In this document: in pieces, positions 1 through 13,146 of the stretch | Layout of the letters: every line of letters starts with the position of its first letter | Numbering within the stretch: position 1 is the stretch's first letter | Assembly: GCF_024521635.1 (NCBI RefSeq) | Contig: NW_026250403.1 | Location: 1,054,001 to 1,118,000, forward strand | DNA: 64,000 nt | Source: Tricharina praecox | Taxonomy: Eukaryota | Direction: 5' to 3' | Made by a program: the position numbers and the translations under genes | Notes under the pieces: generated by a model | What the model was told of the DNA's origin: nothing | What the model saw: only the letters and a program-made list of their open reading frames with translations | Databases searched by the model: none

Positions 1-55
1 AGGTGGCGTTGGCGGCGGTGTCAGGTGGTATTTGATGCGAATGTGTGTGTACCAT
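1..55 (-). CDS. Possible 5' end of a gene running off the left edge
   Basis: Minus-strand ATG at 55 in a good context (aaagcaATGG). It reads MVHTHSHQIPPDTAANAT to the edge, or ATG followed by a gtacac intron donor. Too short to identify. Confidence 0.25.
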   Translation of the reverse strand, partial: MVHTHSHQIPPDTAANAT

Positions 56-2519
56 TGCTTTCTTTTCTCGAGTCTTTCTTTCTTTCCGGCTATAGATAAA
101 GTAATGTACTCAAGTAGTAATCAAGTTTAGTATCAAACAAAGGGGGAAAGGTAATACCATGACAGCGTGTGTAGATATCTCATGCCATCTTGTCGCATTC
201 ATATCCTAGATATCAACACCACTACCAGGATAGGCACCGTGTTTACAAGTCTGCTAGACTGAAGAGGTGAGCATTCCATCGGCCATTCCGATACGCGGCT
301 GTGTGTTTCACGAAGAAACGTTGGTTGCGTAGTTGAGACAGATTCTGTGAGATCACTCGTGTTCCCTAACTGGTCACTCGTCGAGGTCCCTCCGCATGCG
401 GGGCTATGGCCGTCTGGTTGGGTAAGGGTTCCCCATAATCTAGGTAGATGGCTTGGATGCAAAATAAATTGACGTTCTCTCTCTAATGGACAACCAAGCC
501 CAGACACCGCAAGAGCGTCGCCGTCGTCTTGATCAAGCCTCATGGCTTGAGCAAAGGATTCTCCGCTTAGCTAGGCCCGCCGTCGCATGGGCTAGCTGTT
601 CCCTGTGCACCATCAAGTCTCTCCTCACGAAACAAACTCTCAACGAGCGGACCGTTTCTCTCTCCCTGTTTCCTCACACTCACGCCCCCTCCCCCACACA
701 CTGCCGCTCTCGCTGGCGCCGCCGATAGCAAAGTTGCCACCACAGATTGCCGACAAGGTATTAGAGTAGGGTACGGCAGTTTGAGCTCACAGTGGGTGAC
801 GTCGAAGGGTGCACGGAGGGTGCAACGGGAAAGCCCGTTTCTCTTCTCCACCCTTCTTCCCCCCACACATCACGGCTTTCCCTTGATCTTCGATGAGGTC
901 TGGGCACGGATACTACCGGTATATAAATGTTCATCGTGGATTGAAGGTTCTGCCTCTCGACGATCGCGATGGGGCGTGATGCGGGGTGTGGGGAAGGGGA
1001 GTCACCGCGGATGAAGTTCCTTTCCTGCTTGGACAATGGACAATGGACTTTGGAGGGCCACGGACGGTGCTAGGTGGAGCGGACAACATCCCGCGCACTG
1101 TTTCCGCACTCTTTTCTCCCTGGTTGCTTCTGTGGATGTAACTCTGTAACTCTTTCCTCCGTTGGTTGCCTCTGTGTATAATACGAGTATGGATGTACCG
1201 TAACTCTTTTGCTTTTATGGATGTAACGCCGACCGTCATCGATCGCTTCGTATGCAGAGTACGTACTGCTCTATTCCCGACGTTGGTTGCACCAGCCCTC
1301 GGGATTCGAATTGTGTGGGTGCCCACTGGCGCGGTGGGAGATGCGATGCGGCTGTATGGATGGTGGTCTCGATGGGTGGATGGATGTCCCGTCCGGGTCG
1401 TGCTGGTGTGATCGCCGTTAGTTGCTGTGGTTATCGCGAGCCAAGATGGCCGTCGACGTGCGGGGCATTTTGCCGCGGCTTGAACCGTTTGGCGAATCAG
1501 GATCCGCGCAACCAGGGGCCCTCACTTGGCGCAGTTAGCATGGGCCAAGACGCGGCGTGCAAGAGCGAACATCAATCTAAAAGGACTAGAGCACTATCAA
1601 GTCCCGGTGGGTGGTGTTTGGGGAAAACCAGGAACCGTCGGCGTGAGGGTGACGCAAGACGCATGGGCGGTGCTGTGGAAGGTTCCAAAGCGCTTGGCCC
1701 CTTGCGGGAAATGGTCAACTGCTTTCTACACGAAGTTCTTAGCATCGTTGGACGCCCAGGACGCGGCGGTGGCTGTGACAACACCATCATCCATCGCACG
1801 ACCGTGCTAGCTGGTTGGTTGGTACAAAGTGCATCATCATCATCGCAGTGGTTTTCTTGATTCTGCTCCAGCCACATTTTCAAGCGGGCGGGAAGGAAGT
1901 CCTTGTATCGAGGCCGGCAGGTACTGTCATACTCTCCAACTTTGCTTGTTTTCACTTCTGCAAAAGCACTCACGGCGAATAATGTCTTCCCGTTGACCTT
2001 CTTCTCCTTTCTTTTCTGCTTCACACTGGCCGTCTCACTGCTGAAACAACGACAGCCTGCCCACACACACCACCATACGTACTTCCAACAGTTACATATA
2101 TCCAGAGCCCTTATCTGCGCCTGGCCCCCCTCCCCCAAAGACATCTCTCCGTCAGCGCTTCAGCACAATTCGAACTCTTCCTCTTCGGAATCTCGCCACC
2201 GCCTGCCCGCCGGCCTGCCTGACATCTGACGCCCACGCACGCCGTCTCACTGCGATTCCGGTAGTAGTTACTTCTAGATTCCGACCTGCCATCTTGACCG
2301 CATAAGCCTCCTTCTACGCGTCCACGCCAAACACACACACCCCCACCACCCGCCACCCCCAGCCCCCGAGAAATCGCGCATCCGCGAACCCTTATCATCA
2401 AGGGTTTTCGCCCGCTCGCTGCATCCCATCCCTCCCGTCGGCCCGTTTTCCCTCCCACAAGCAACCACATACATACATACAAACTCTATCGCGACCCAGT
2501 CGATCGTTCCCACCCTGCC

Positions 2520-4432
2520 ATGAGTTTCTTTAGCTCACCAACCTCGTTCCGACTCAATGCTCTACAACCTGTTCCCCACGCTCCCTTCGTTCCGATGATG
2601 TACTCGACATTACCGGGAAACTCGAGCTACGATATGACAACCATCATGATGGACGGACAGAAATCGCAGCCCGCCGAGGGACATCCCTCGCTGATGCATT
2701 TGGGACTGCTCGTGTTCGAGGCGGTGATGGAAGTAGTCTGTGTGTCGTTACCGGGCTACATCATCGCCCGCGCTGGACTGTTCGACACCGATAATCAGAA
2801 GTTCGTGGCGAACCTCAACGTCTCGCTGTTCACGCCGTGTCTGAGTGAGTTTCACCTGTCCTGGCCGGTTTGGGATCGCAATGTACTGACCGGCTTTGTT
2901 ATCAAGTCTTCATCAAACTGGCGAGTCAGCTCACGCTCTCGAAGCTGGCGGAGTTGATTATCATTCCCGTTCTGTTCGTCTTCATGACTGCCGTTTCGTA
3001 CTGTTGCTCCCTGGCGGTTGCAAAACTGTTCGGGTTCGAGAAGCCTGCAAGGAACTTTGTGATCGCAATGGTGAGTCCGCATACTGCTCCACTCCACCCC
3101 TGATGATGGATATGCGGGTGCTGATTATCGCGACAGGGTGTTTTCGGAAACTCAAACTCCCTTCCCATCTCGTTGGTCTTGTCTTTGGCGCACACCATCT
3201 CCGGATTGCATTGGGACCGGATTCCGGGCGATAACGATCAAGAGGTTGCCGCGAGAGGTATCCTTTACCTTCTCATCTTCCAGCAGCTCGGACAGCTCCT
3301 GCGTTGGTCTTGGGGATACCATGTTTTGTTGGCACGCACCGACGACGTCGAAACGGGTGCGCAGCCCAACGGCTCGGCTGGCAGAAGCTATCGCGACAAC
3401 GAGGATGACAACGAGGGCGACAGTGACAGCGAAGACGAAGACCTCCTGCGCGTTCGCGTTGATCCGTTCATGTCGCCCCAGTTTGAGAACAGCTTCGAGG
3501 GTCTCCACCGCCAGGTGCAGCCCAACGAGCAGGATGCGCTGCTTCCTTGCGGCCACGACCGTAACCACCACCGCAACCACACCACGGGAACCACCGACTC
3601 GGCCTTTGAATCCGGCCCATCCGGCGAACAGACACCCGTCAGTAGGTACCCTAGTTCGGCGTCTCTCTCGACCTGTCCCGGCACCGATATCACTCAGTCT
3701 TCTTCCATCATCGGCGAGACTCCGCTCAAGGGCAACCGCGGAAAGCGGGACATCACCTCTTTCCCTACGATCACGACATCGAGCAGCACCGAGAACCTCC
3801 AGCCGCGATGGGCCGCACCGGCGCCTCAGCCTTGGTACTCGCGCACATTTACTGCCATCAAGAATTTCGGTGTTCGCTTCGCCTTGGGACTGTGGGAGTT
3901 TATGAACCCGCCTCTGTGGGCCATGTTTGCAGCGATCATCGTCGCATCCATCCCCCAGCTGCAGGAGTTGTTCTTCACCAAGGGCACATTCGTCAACGCC
4001 TCCGTCACACGTGCCATTTCGCAGTCTGGAAACGTAGCCGTGCCGCTCATCCTGGTTGTTCTCGGAGCAAATCTTGCCAACAGTACTTCCGGCAAGCAGA
4101 AGAACGCGCACGCCGACAAGCAGGAAACCAAGATTCTGATCGCCTCGCTGGTCTCCCGCATGCTTCTCCCCTTCTTCTTCATTGCGCCCGTGCTCGCCAT
4201 CGCCGCCAAGTACCTCAACATTTCCATCCTCGACGACCCGATCTTCCTGGTCGTCTGCTTCCTCCTGACTGGTGCTCCCAGCGCATTGCAACTTGCGCAG
4301 ATCTGCCAGATCAATAATGTTTTTGAGGACGTCATCACCCGGGTGTTGTTCTGGAGTTACGTCGTCGTCATCCTGCCGAGTACTCTTGCTCTCGTCATCA
4401 CGGCGATTGAGGTCGTACACTGGGCCACGTAA
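2520..4432 (+). CDS. Auxin efflux carrier / membrane transport protein family (PILS/ECM3-like), ~594 aa
   Basis: Exons 2520-2844, 2907-3070 and 3137-4432 with GT..AG introns. Motifs LVFEAVMEVVCVSLPGY, NVSLFTPCLIF, FGNSNSLPISL, RGILYLLIFQQLGQLLRWSWGY, MNPPLWAM and PSALQLAQICQ. Two hydrophobic halves flank an acidic loop. Confidence 0.9.
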
Positions 4433-4874
4433 GAGAGAGATAGATACCTGAAACCACGAATTCCCTACCTACAGGGATTTCTTTTTCCTTTTCCTTCTTG
4501 GGCGGGGGTTTAGGGAGCGTTGCATAGATGTGATACCTGCTGGCGAAAAGGGAGCGTGATTTTTTTTTGATTCGATTTCGGGTCTTTGTGTTTTTCCGTT
4601 TTTCGTTTTTCGCTTTCGAGGATGTTTATTTATTTCTTATTGCTATCTGTGAAAGCCATTCTGATTCATTTTTCTTTCTTGGACGGACCGGTCGCTCCCC
4701 CCGATTTACTTTCTCCTTGTTTACGATGCTCGGATTGTATGATGAATGGGATGGATCGAATCGAGTGGCTGGTACACAAGATTATGGATTGGATTGGATT
4801 GGATGGATTGGATGCATGTAAGGTTCTTATCCGCATATACCATATGGGCGCGAGAGAGTGTGTGCAACTGTGTG

Positions 4875-4901
4875 TGGGGGGGGGGGGGGGGGGGGGGGGG
4901 G
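4875..4901. repeat. Poly-G homopolymer (others at ~23193-23214 and ~58421-58448)
   Basis: Run of about 27 G seen directly. Confidence 0.9.
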
Positions 4902-5525
4902 TTTGCGAATAAATTTACGTTACGAATTCCTCTCTGTCCGTTGAATATGGTTTTGTGCAAGGTTTATTTGACTGTGCATTCCCGAGCGGTCGAGCCCTTC
5001 GAGGTCATCGGTGAATGACGATGATCTGCAGGAGATATCATTCAATGTGCAGGTTTAATTCGGTAGCCTAACCTGGCCTTGTCCACGTGAACTTTGAAGA
5101 AAGTGAGGGCCACATGATAAGGCCAGGGAAACATTTAACTGTGGCAATTAACTACTGCTGGAAGTGAGACCCTCTCTTCACAGGAGAGCTTACTTTGCTT
5201 GCTAGAGTAATTAGAGTACCTACCTGGTAGATAGAGAGGACCGGTCCGATATCATCCTCTATCTCATCCCGCTATCTATCTACTAACGCTGCTCCACTCA
5301 CTGCCTACCAACTTCTATCACCCCTCCACCCCTCCATCCCCCACCCCACTTAACGCAACGCAAATCGCCATCTACTATCTAGAATCATCATCTCGCGCAC
5401 ACCGCACCGAGCACCGTCGACGGAGCACGCCCCCCATCCATCCACCCATCCATCCACGCATCTATCCATCTGTCCGATTACACCTACCCACAACCCACAT
5501 CCACATCCTTCTACAACCCACAACC

Positions 5526-7620
5526 ATGGAATCACCCACGGCCTCACCCACGCTCTCCAGCAAAGCCGTCAGCATCTCGGACTACCCCAGCGAGATAACG
5601 CTCCCGGACCGTAGCAGCACTGGGGGCAGCGGCGGCTACCGGCCCTCGCACCTCCTGCGGAAATCCCTCTCCTCGAAGCGTCTGCAGGGCCGCCTCCCCA
5701 GCTCCCCGCGCCTCGAGAATGACTCGACGCTGCATTTGCAGCCTGAGGAGGGTGTTGGGGGCGCGGGAGGAGCGGGGGGATCGGGATCGGGGGCGGGGGG
5801 AGTGGCAGACTACGGAGTCCGCGACCGCGCCGCTGAGCTGCTGGAGAAATGTGCGCAGTGGCTGGAGACGGAGCGGCAAGCGCGGCGGGCGCGGCGGGCG
5901 CGGCGGAAGGGCCGCGCGGAGACGGCGGAGGGGGAGCAGCAGCAGCAGCAGCAGCAGGAGTCGGGCGGCTCTGCTGACGAGAGCTTGGATTTGCTGGAGG
6001 CGCTGTTGCGCGAGCGGCCGGCTGTCACCGGCGGAAGCAGGAAGGGCTCGCACCGTGTCAGTAGGCGAAGCTTGATGGGTGGATTGGGGCAGGCCTCCGG
6101 GGCGACGAGCGATACGGAGTATGCGAGCGATGGTGATGCCGTGGTACCGGGATGTGAGGAGTGGTTGAAGATTCCGGAGGAGATCGGGTGGGATACGTTC
6201 AAGCAGGAGGTCCTGAAGCTCACGCATACGCTGCGGTGTAAGGGGTGGCGCAGTGTGGATTTGGATCGGTTTAGGGAGGTCGGCGTCGAGAGGATCAGTG
6301 GAGCGTTGACGAATGCGGTAGGTTGCGGCGGGGCTGCGGTGATGGGTTGTGGGTTGTGGGTTTGGGCTGATGATGTGAAAGGTCTATATGGTGACTCCTC
6401 CGTCGGATCTTCCTACGTCTACCGCGGCATCGTCGACGACGAACCTGGGCGTTTCCACGCCGAACGGTGAAGACACCCAGCGCAGACGCAAACCGGCTAA
6501 GCTGCTTCTCAGGATCTACGGGCCACAGGTATCCCACCTCATCGACCGCGATACGGAGCTCTACATTCTGCGACGCCTCGCGCGGAAGAAGATCGGACCA
6601 CGGCTGCTAGGAACATTCGAGAACGGACGTTTCGAGCAGTTCTTCACCGCGCGGACACTCACTAAGGACGACATCCGCAATCCGGAGACGAGCCGGCACA
6701 TTGCGAAGCGTCTGAAGGAGCTGCACCGCGGAATCGAAGTCGAGTCGAAAGAGCGCGAGCAGGGCCCGATCGTCTGGAAGAACTGGGAGAAATGGGTGCC
6801 CCGGTGCACAGACGTCATGGAGCACATCGACGCAAAGCAGAAATACGGCCTCGTCTGCGGCACCACCTGGCCGGTCTTCCGTGAGGCGGTCGAGAAGTAC
6901 CGCGCGTGGCTCGTCGCCCGCTACGGCGGTGACGAACAGCTCAAGCGCGAGCTCGTGTTCGCGCACAACGACACGCAGTACGGCAACATCCTGCGTCTGC
7001 AGGCCGTCGAGAAGTCGCCGCTCCTCCTGCCAGGTAACGAGCACAAGCAGCTCGTCGTCATCGACTTCGAGTACGCCAGCGCCAACACGCCCGGCTTCGA
7101 GTTCGCAAACCACTTCTGCGAGTGGATGGCCGACTACCACAACGAGACGCGGCCGCACGAGATGAAAACCAACCGCTTCCCGACGGAAAAGGAGATCCGC
7201 AACTTCCTGACCGCCTACGTCGAGCACTCGTTCAGCAAACGCCTCCCCCAGCTGGGCGCCTTCAACCTCGACGCGAGAGTTCCGCCCCCGCCCGTCGATA
7301 ACGAGGCGGAACTCGCCGTTGTCAGGGAAAAGGTCGAGAAATTGCTCCTGGAGACCCGCGCGTGGAGGGCGGCTAGCTCCGCGATGTGGTGCGCTTGGGG
7401 CGTCGTACAGGCGAAGGCTCCGCCGCCACCGTGCAGTGAGGAGGAGGAGGCACAGGAGGCGCCCGAGAAGGTGGAGGAGTTCGATTACTTGCTGTATGCG
7501 CAGCAGAGGGCACTGCTGTTCTGGGGCGATTGTCTGAGTCTGGGAATATTCACGAAACATGACCTGGAAGCTATGCAGGAGGGGCTGGCGGAGAGGGTTA
7601 AGGTTGTCGAGCCTATGTAG
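5526..7620 (+). CDS. CKI1: Choline/ethanolamine kinase, ~676 aa
   Basis: Exons 5526-6317 and 6382-7620. Motifs RISGALTNAVY, LLLRIYG, Brenner motif FAHNDTQYGNIL and choline kinase motif VIDFEYASAN..FEFANHFCEW. Low-complexity N-terminus with poly-Q. Confidence 0.93.
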
Positions 7621-8195
7621 GTAGGTGGGCAGTTGTATTTGAGTAGGTAGGTATTGCGATGGATCGGTGTTCCGTAAAGATGTTACGACTTACGATATGT
7701 GTATGAGTGGGCTTGTTTGAGTATTTGAGTATTTGTAGGTAGATACATTAGGTATGTGGTAGATATGTGGTATCGAATATCGATATGGGCATATGTGGGA
7801 ATCTTCTCTTCTCTACCTTGGAGTTGTCCGTGGTGCACGTGCATCATCAACCCTGACTCGACGGTCAAGTCTACATAGAGTCCGGTTCCGGTCGTGATAC
7901 CAACTGCAGGCTGCCGGGAAACCAACTGCAGACTGCTAGAGGCCGGTGCTGCAGACGAGTGCTAACATGGAAGGCTCATGGCGGTGGAGATTGGTGGTGG
8001 AGTGTAAGAAGCAGCTCAACGGCGAGGTTGGAGTCTAGATGTCGCTGTAGCACGAGGGTAGGCGAGGCCGCATATAGACGGGGAAGAGGGGGGGGGCGAG
8101 TGCGAGTGTCCAAGGGACTGATATAAAACCCACCGAGCAACCCTCACTCCCCCGGACCCCATCCACAAGCCAGCAATCCCCATCACAACACCACG

Positions 8196-10018
8196 ATGTC
8201 CAACCAGACGCTCCCTAAGCCGCGCACCCCGCTCCCCTCCACCTTCGCGCTATCCTCCTACCCGAAGCTATCCCACATCTCCGCCGGGCACCTGCGGCAC
8301 ATGCACAACCTGTCCCTGCAGCGGCCAGGTGACTGGTCTTCCATGTCTTCCGTCTTCCCAGAGCAAGAATGGCACGACGCACTGCGGTACCAGCTCAGCA
8401 CAATGCTATACGGGGCAGGACTCGCACACTTCCACCAGCTTTCTGCCATCCGCGCGCCGTTCAAGATGCTGTGCCACCGGCTGATCGAGAAGATGCTGCA
8501 CCGCGATGTGTGGAGCTACTGGTACCTCACCAGCCAGGGCGGGGTCGCGTGTAATCCCGACTTGAAGGTGCTGCGAGCGCCGTGGGCGGACCCCGTAAGG
8601 AGGGAGAATATCATGTACTCCGGGCATCTGCTGCTTATGACGACGGTTTTTGCTATGCTGTTTGATGATGATGAATGGGATCAGGACGGGGCGTTGGTGT
8701 TTACGCATGATCCCGTATATTATGGGCTGGGCGAGGAGGTCTATAGGTACAGTAGGACGGAGCTGCAACGCGCGATACTGGCGGAGATGGAGAGGGAGGG
8801 ATGGGTCGGCGTTTGCTGCGAGCCGAATGTCGTCTTTGTCATCTGTAACCAGTTTCCGGTAGGGTCTTGCCTCGTTTCGCTGGCTGCTTCATGGGCTAAT
8901 GTGGTGTGCACAGCTGGTAGCGCTCCGCCTCGACTCCGTCCGCAAGGGCAACGGGCACGCCGCCGAGGTGCTGGCCAAGTACGTCGCCGCGTGGAAATTG
9001 AAGGGCGTGCAGTTCGAGGGCGACCAGATGCAGGCGGACATGTACATGGTCCAGCAGAGACAGGCACTGCCGTTCGGCGAGATCGCTATGTCTGCTTGGT
9101 AACCCCCCTCCGCCCCGCAGTCCTGCTTGCCGAGTGATGGCGGCTGATGAAAGTAGGGCGGCCGGAATGCTCAACACCTGGAATCCCACCTTCTCCCGCA
9201 ACCTGTATCCGCACCTGCTGGCGGGCTACCTCACGAAGAAACCCAACGGCCGAATCAACCTCAACAGCGCGCCGGTCGCCACACGGATCCGCGAACTTGC
9301 GAGCAGCAGCAACAGCAGCGGGAGCCAACCCACCGACCCCACCTCGCCAGAGCTGTTTACGCAAGCATGGGATGACGCTCCCACCCGCGCCGCGGCGCTC
9401 TCGCCCCTCCTGCGCCCAGGCAGCACATCCTCACGGATGCCGACGAAGCCGGTATTCGGGTGCGTTCTCAGCTACGTGTCCGAAGTCGGGCCACGGGCCC
9501 ATCTCGCGGGGCTGCTGCAGCACGCCGACGAGATGTTTGGGCTGCAGTGGCGGGACGGCGGGTGCTACTATGCGCGCGGCGACGATGAGGTCGTTGTTGA
9601 TGACGACGGAGAATGGAGGTTCTGTGATTCGTTTACTGGTAACGCGCTGATTCCGTATGCCAGGCTTAATGTTCAGGATGGGTTGCGAAAGATGTATGAA
9701 CACCCCTGGACCGGGGAGGAGATAAGGGGGAGGCCCTGGGTGGATGGGCTTGGGGGCTTCGAGGAGGGGGTGGACTTTTTGAGGGCGATCTGGGATGATG
9801 AGGTCAAGGCTATGGTGCTGACGCTTCGCTGCTGGAACGGTACAAGGACGGTCAGGCCGGTGGTTAGACAGCTAAAGGCGGGCGTTTACGATGTCTACGT
9901 TGGTGGATGGTTGGTCAAGAGTGAGAGGGTGCTTACCGATGGAGGAGCGGTTGAGGTGGAGTTTCAGGTTGGCGAGGACGAGTGTGATTTGGTGGTTTTG
10001 AGGGACAAATGCGAGTAG
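8196..10018 (+). CDS. Linalool dehydratase/isomerase (Ldi)-like protein, ~569 aa
   Basis: Exons 8196-8858, 8914-9098 and 9157-10018. Motifs LRYQL, DPV.RENIMYSGHLLLM and GVCCEPNVVFVICNQ match my recollection of bacterial LinD (ENIMYKGHL, CEPDNYFVQCN). A TATA-like atataaaa lies at ~8121. No obvious signal peptide. Confidence 0.8.
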
Positions 10019-10127
10019 AAGGCTGGGAAGATTGGCAGCGGTTCTAGGTAGTCACTTGCGAATGCACTCGATTCATAATTGCTAGGATACCAGCACCAGT
10101 CGCCCGAGTGATATGTGATTATGTTAC

Positions 10128-11502
10128 CTATGACTGCTTCCCGTCCTCCATCGGCAGCTTCTCCCCGGGAAACGCCCAGCCCAGCAGCTTCTCGACCACA
10201 TCCCGACCCGCCAGCTCCTTCTCCACATTTCCCAGCTTATCCTCCTTCAGTTTCCGATCCCCAGGGCCGCACCAACACTTCAGCTCCGCATCCCACCACC
10301 AATCCTTCAACGCGCCGCCGTCCCAATTCGTACAGAGCTGTTTCCTGACCCTCGCGGAGACATGTATGCACTCTCCCGTCTCTCCCTCATGATACGCCGC
10401 AGGCGTACGCGTCTTCTTGCCGCACAGTCGCATAAACCCCGTGGCGGAGTTATAAATCTGGCCCTCAGCCCACTCGCGGCGGTCGCCATCGCCGCCACCA
10501 TTCATGGTGATGCCGCGGAGGTAGTCAAAGTCCCAATCGAGGAACTCGCGGGTGCGCTCCAGCATCCACGCGAGGCTCATATCGGCGATCTCCTGGTCCG
10601 GGTACCCGCCGCCCACGTTCGTATGGCAGCCCGGGAACCAGCACTGCCGCAGCTCTGTTGCCGCATTGCTAGCAGCCTTGTGCCATAGCGCTGGCGCGAA
10701 CGGCGCCCGCCGCTCGTCGAGTGCGAGCGCGTGGAACGCGTGCCGCACCCGTGGAGAGAGGTCCGTGTCCAGGAAAGAGTACTTCTTGGCGTTTACGACG
10801 CCGGAGATGGCACGCCCGAGGAGCGGTATAGGGAGCGTCGGGATCCCGAGAGACCCCACGGTGTCGAAGCAGCCGATCGTGGTCACTTCTACGTTGGACG
10901 TCACGAGCGCGCTCCGCTCGCTGGTCTGCAAAGTGTGCACGTACTCGTCGTCGTCGCGGAGGCGGCCGGTGATGTAGTTCTATGTACACGGGGTTTCCGT
11001 TAGCCCATCGTGGGGAACTGCGCGGGTGGGGTGAGGTGGGGTGGGGGGGGACTCACCTGGTAGACCTCGTAGAACCCGTCCATCCCGCGCTTCGTCAACA
11101 CGCCCAGGCGGCATATGAGCCCGCAGATGGACCTGGCGGTGTACGCGCCGCGCGAGAAGCCAAAAAGGTGTATCGTATCGCCGGGATGGAAGTTGTGTGC
11201 CAGGAAGCCGTACGCCTCGCGCACGTTTTCCAGGAGCCCGTCGCCCGTCCCGCCGCCGATGATCTTGTCGATTGTACCGCCGGTTCCGACCCCGGATTGG
11301 TAGTACACTATCTGTGGAATCCCACTGGAAGACACGCTCTTGAGTGCGCGTGTGATCCGTGTTATGTTCGTGGGGTCTTCTTTGACGCCGCCGTCGGAGT
11401 TCTGCCAGGTGCCTGTGTGTGGGCTGGATGTCAGCGGTGGGCCATAGATAGCTCGGGGGAAGTCTTAGTGTTACCATCGCAGCAGATAATGATCCTCTTC
11501 AT
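10128..11502 (-). CDS. DUF2235 / Tle1-like alpha/beta hydrolase, ~411 aa
   Basis: Exons 11502-11475, 11412-11057 and 10979-10128. Motifs MKRIIICCDGTWQ, YYQSGVGT, nucleophile FGFSRGAYTAR, GCFDTVGSLG, HALALDERR..F.P.LW and QCWFPGCHTNVGGG. Confidence 0.92.
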
Positions 11503-13146
11503 CTCAGTGACATGTACGGAAATGCTGTCTCGATTAATATGTGATGGAAGTGAAAGCAGAAGTCAATCCTGTATGTAGGAAGTGTGTACAATCCGCACGG
11601 TTAAGAGAAAAGCCAGCCCTTGAGGGGGTGGCTGGAAAAGCGGAGGTTTTGAGACATCCACACATCCATCCATCGATTCCCGCGCTCCTTCCTACAGTTT
11701 TCCCCCAAAGGATCCTCACGTCCGTGGAGTGGAGAACTTGTGCGTCGCTACTAATTCTCCCTTTGGGACCGCAGCGATCCGATTGGATCGTGCGAGGAGT
11801 AAGCCCGCCGATTACCGAGTGATCATCGGCAGTGTGAGACAGCGCTAGGCTGCATCAGGGCGGTTGTCCTGGTCCGTCATCACGAGTCGGACGGCGTGAG
11901 GGCTTAGCTTAGGTAAACTAACCATGCAGGGCACACGCTGGCGGTGGGAGTGGCTTGGTGATCGATGGGAGCGGCTTGGAGATCGATGGGAGGGGGGGGG
12001 AGATACACACGGGTTGATATACGCGTACCGCAATGAGGGGGGCGTTCATGGAAGAGCGGTAGGCGGTGGGCTACAATACGCGGCGAACTGCCGAGATCGG
12101 AAGTGGAAGACGGCCGAGCGGCGAGCGGACGTTTGCCGGAAGGGCTCGCGAATTGAGGGGCGGTCCAACCCCCGGTCTATCGTGTAACAGAGGCGCGATT
12201 TCGGCCGATACTCCTTCGGGTTCACTCCCCCAGCACGCAAGTGGTTGTGTTACAGTTCTTCGTATTGCAGCGGTGGGATCGCCGCCAATCACGCGCCGTC
12301 TCGGATTCGGGCTGGGAAGAGTTGGTATTGGGTTGTGATTGGATGCTCGAGGTGCGATTGTGACTGGTGGGCGGGTAAATAAACGGCCAGGGAAGCTGTC
12401 AACTCGGGAATGCCATTCGTGGTACTACCTATAGGTATCACTTCTGAAAGGATGGGAAAGCCAATCGCGGGATTACAAAGTTAAATGCCACACGTAACTA
12501 TGCTATTGGAGGCGAGTCAGACTTTATTAGTACTTGGCACTAAAACGTCGTAGGTTCGAATTCCGCGAAAACAGACAATCATGCATTATCACCCGTCGGC
12601 AAGTCCCGTCATGATGTTTCAAGAAATCGGAACTGGCATATGGGGGAATGAGGGCGCTTCAGCAAGCCATGCGTTATCTGAAAAACCCAAACAAGTAGAA
12701 AGAGGAGACAGGAAACCGGATGTGATATATTGTCATGATTGGATTTAGGTAGTTGGATACAGAATAATGAAACCGGTATCACACCAAAAAGCACACCTCA
12801 TCAACATACGAGCAAGAGAATTATTGGCGGCGGCCATTGTAGCTGGTTGATGAAAGTGACAGGATGTGGAATCGGAGGGAACGGAATGGAGTATGGTTAG
12901 AATAGAGTCAAAGAACAATGAGTCGACGGGAAGGTTATTGCATTACTGGATATTGCTGGTGAATCGACCTAGCTATAATATGTATGTAACTTATGGAGAT
13001 CCGTGTCCAGACTATTCGATGCTGGTGAACTCGTTGGATACAATAAATGTATTCAGGAGACTGTATTCGAGGGTAATCAAGAAGGACTCCCCGTCGGTAC
13101 CAAAACAAAACACCAAATTCCTGTAGGTTTGCCTCCACCTATGAAA

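Noticed and set aside
450..2230. Several 80-200 aa ORFs upstream of the transporter
   Set aside because: No recognisable motif or consistent splice model. They may be decayed sequence.
3152..4420. Long antisense ORFs (also 6607-7560 and 5544-6227)
   Set aside because: They are shadows of GC-rich codon usage on the true coding strand.
12547..12568. GGTTCGAATTCC, resembling a tRNA T-loop or B box
   Set aside because: The T-stem pairs poorly, and I could build no acceptor, D or anticodon arm.
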